A stretch of 64,000 bases of DNA from Malacoraja senta (Eukaryota), in assembly GCA_038087875.1 (NCBI GenBank), contig CM075977.1:90148001-90212000 (forward strand), in the 5' to 3' direction. How positions within the stretch are numbered: position 1 is the first letter of the stretch; every line of letters starts with the position of its first letter. Positions 61,746 to 64,000 of the stretch are shown here, piece after piece. The notes below the pieces were generated by a model. The model was given only the letters and a program-made list of their open reading frames with translations, made no database searches and was not told the origin of the DNA. A program made the translations under genes and the position numbers.

Positions 61746-61867
61746 AAAAAACAATTGATCCCTAATATAAGAGGTTAATGGGTGTTTCTTGAGGTATGCA
61801 GCATAAATGGGTGATTAATCAAACTACTGGAAGAGGAAATATGAATGAGGAGACTGAGTTTTCTCAT

Positions 61868-62335
61868 AGGCCCATCGGCCTAACTTGCCCACACTGACCA
61901 ACATGTCCCATCTACACTAGTCCCACCTCCCTGCTTTTGGCCCATATCCCTCTAAACCAGTTCTATCCATGTACCTGTCCAAATGTTTCTTAAACATTGC
62001 GATACTGCCTGCCTCAACTACCTCCTATGGCAACTCGTTCCGTACACCTATCGCCCTCCTTGTGAAAAAGGTAGCCTTCAAGTTCCTATAAATCCCCCCC
62101 CCCCTCCCCCCTCTCCTTAAGCCTATGTCCTCTGGTTCTCGATTCCCCTACTCTGGACAAGAGACTGTGCATTTACCCAATCTATTCCTCTCATGATTTT
62201 GTACAGTATAAGATCGCCCCTCATCCTCCTGTGCTCCAAGGAATAGAGCTCTAGCCTGGTCAACCTTTCCCTATCGCTCAGGCCTTTGAGTCCTGGCAAC
62301 ATCCATGCAAATCTTCTCTGCACCCTTTCCAGCTT
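61868..62335 (-). mobile_element. CR1 3' fragment
   Basis: QRRFAWMLPGLKGLSDRERLTRLELYSLEHRRMRGDLI. Confidence 0.9.
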
Positions 62336-62621
62336 TCTCAGCAGGACACTTTTTCAAACCAGGATGTTTGGGAAGTATTTTGTCCACCTGTTGCTCTGGC
62401 TTTTATACATCATTGCTCATTGCTCCATTATGACTTCCCACTGCCGATGCAATGGTCTTCTGCAGGCTGTCCCGGCCAGTGAGGTCTTTGAGACCCCTCT
62501 CCTACATTGCACCTTCTCTACCAATGACTTTATTACAACATTCTAAAGCCAGGATGTCCATTAGTCCTGTGCAACAAGGTTTTCACACTTCCTCAAATCC
62601 GATGTGACTGGGAAACTATTT

Positions 62622-62897
62622 TAAGGTGATGGGGAAAAGATTTAATAGGAATCTGAGGAGTAACTTTTTCCCACACAGGGTGGTGGATGTATGGAACAAG
62701 CTGCCAGATGAGGTAGTTGAGGTGGGGACTATCCCTGCATTTAAGAAGTATAGTTAGACAGGCACATGGATAGGACAGATTTGGAGGGATATGGACCAAA
62801 TGCTGGCAAGTGGGACTAGTGTAGCTGGGACATGTTGGCCGGTGTGGGTAAATTGGGCGGAAGGGCCTGTTTCCACACTGTATCACACTATGACTCT
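62622..62897 (+). mobile_element. CR1 3' fragment, inverted relative to 61868-62335
   Basis: gtatggaacaagctgcc...gggcctgtttccacactgtat. Confidence 0.88.
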
Positions 62898-63539
62898 ATC
62901 AGTCAGCACTCGCTGTAGCACTGGAGGCATAAGATGATTTTAAATTCAGCAGTCTGTCTTTAATTGGTACTAATCCACAATATTGGATTATGAACAGCAC
63001 AGTCAGCATGAGCTGTGTTCAGCAAGGATGTAAATGAGCAGCTAACATGAAATTGGAGCAATAGTGCAGTACAATGGACAGGTGTGATTTAAACATGCAT
63101 TGCCAACCCAAGGTCCATTTTTGACGCCTCTCCAAATTTAGCCCATCTGTTTCTAGACACCTTTCACTGCAAACTGCATATCTCGGAGAAAAAAAATACA
63201 AATTTATTTGACATTTTCTTATTCCTTTTCAGCTGAAGGATCAGCTGAAGTTAATTGTATCACTCTTGTTTCTAAGCCATTAAGATATATATTCATTTGC
63301 AGCAACTGATTTTTTTTTCCAATGCGCAATTTTATTAACAGAAAAGCACACACGTTGGATATTTCAGTAAAGAGAATCTGAGATATCCTGGGAAAACTCA
63401 ATCATAATATCATAGATCACCCTGCTCCAGTATAAAATCCCAAATTAATAAGGCTGTTAGGCTATCAAAGTATAGAATCATAGAGCATGCAAATAGAACT
63501 TTTGAGTTGACACTTGCCACTTTCTACCCATTGCTCACC

Positions 63540-63922
63540 ATACTCCCATCAGCTAACTCCAGATTCTACCACTCACCTACATTGTAGGGGCAACTAACGG
63601 TGGATAATTAACCTTCCAACTTGCATGGCTTTGGGATGTGGGTGGAAACTGGAGCACTGGGGGTAGATCCAAAGATGAAGAAGGGACCAACAATATTTAA
63701 GGGAACTTTGTCTGCGCCTTGTGGCGACTCTTTTGTGTAATGTGCATGCAAAAACAAAGAATTTCACTATACTTTCACGGTACATGTGACAATAAAGTAT
63801 CTATCTATCTACGTGTTCACAGGGAGAACGTGCAAACACCATCCAGAGAGCAGCAGTTAAAAATGAACCTGGGTTTTGAATCTGTGAGGCAAGCAGCTCA
63901 TCTAGCAGTCCCACTGTGCTGT
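63540..63922 (-). mobile_element. Old V-SINE-like element with an inserted LINE tail (about 63700-63810)
   Basis: tttgggatgtgggtggaaactggagcac...cacagggagaacgtgcaaac; insert ends gacaataaagt(atct)n. Confidence 0.6.
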
Positions 63923-64000
63923 TAACTATGACTCTAAAGTTATGATCTTGAACGGAGCCACCATCCCAAATTATTGATTTGCCTCTGCTGCGAAAATCTG

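Overview
Vertebrate genomic DNA, almost certainly a cartilaginous fish and probably a skate or ray, judged from its HE1/V-SINE-like, SacSINE1/Deu-SINE-like and HER1/CR1-like repeats. No multi-exon host gene is recognisable. The window looks intergenic or intronic, is rich in transposable elements, has a 140-N gap at 29035-29174, and contains AT-rich, TE-poor stretches that resemble conserved non-coding regulatory DNA. The only intact long ORFs belong to a young, full-length CR1 LINE (20395-24765, minus strand; ORF1 zinc-finger/coiled-coil/SGNH esterase, ORF2 APE-RT). Main findings: (1) ORF1 ends in an in-frame U_UUA_AAC slippery heptamer directly before its stop, and the -1 frame is open all the way through ORF2, which predicts a -1 ribosomal frameshift giving an ORF1-ORF2 fusion protein. 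(2) Over a dozen short Penelope-terminus-derived inserts, many flanked by target-site duplications (TSDs), carry minimal hammerhead-ribozyme motifs. Several are palindromic, and one (47669-48003) has an intact-core motif on each strand within a 119-bp inverted repeat. Also present: two decayed Penelope RT/GIY-YIG elements, a Tc1/mariner, two Harbinger-type MITEs, a Gypsy 3' end, a Rex1 3' end, a perfect 58-bp fold-back with a duplicated loop, and two unclassified insertions. Family names come from recalled motifs, not database searches, and boundaries of old repeats are approximate.
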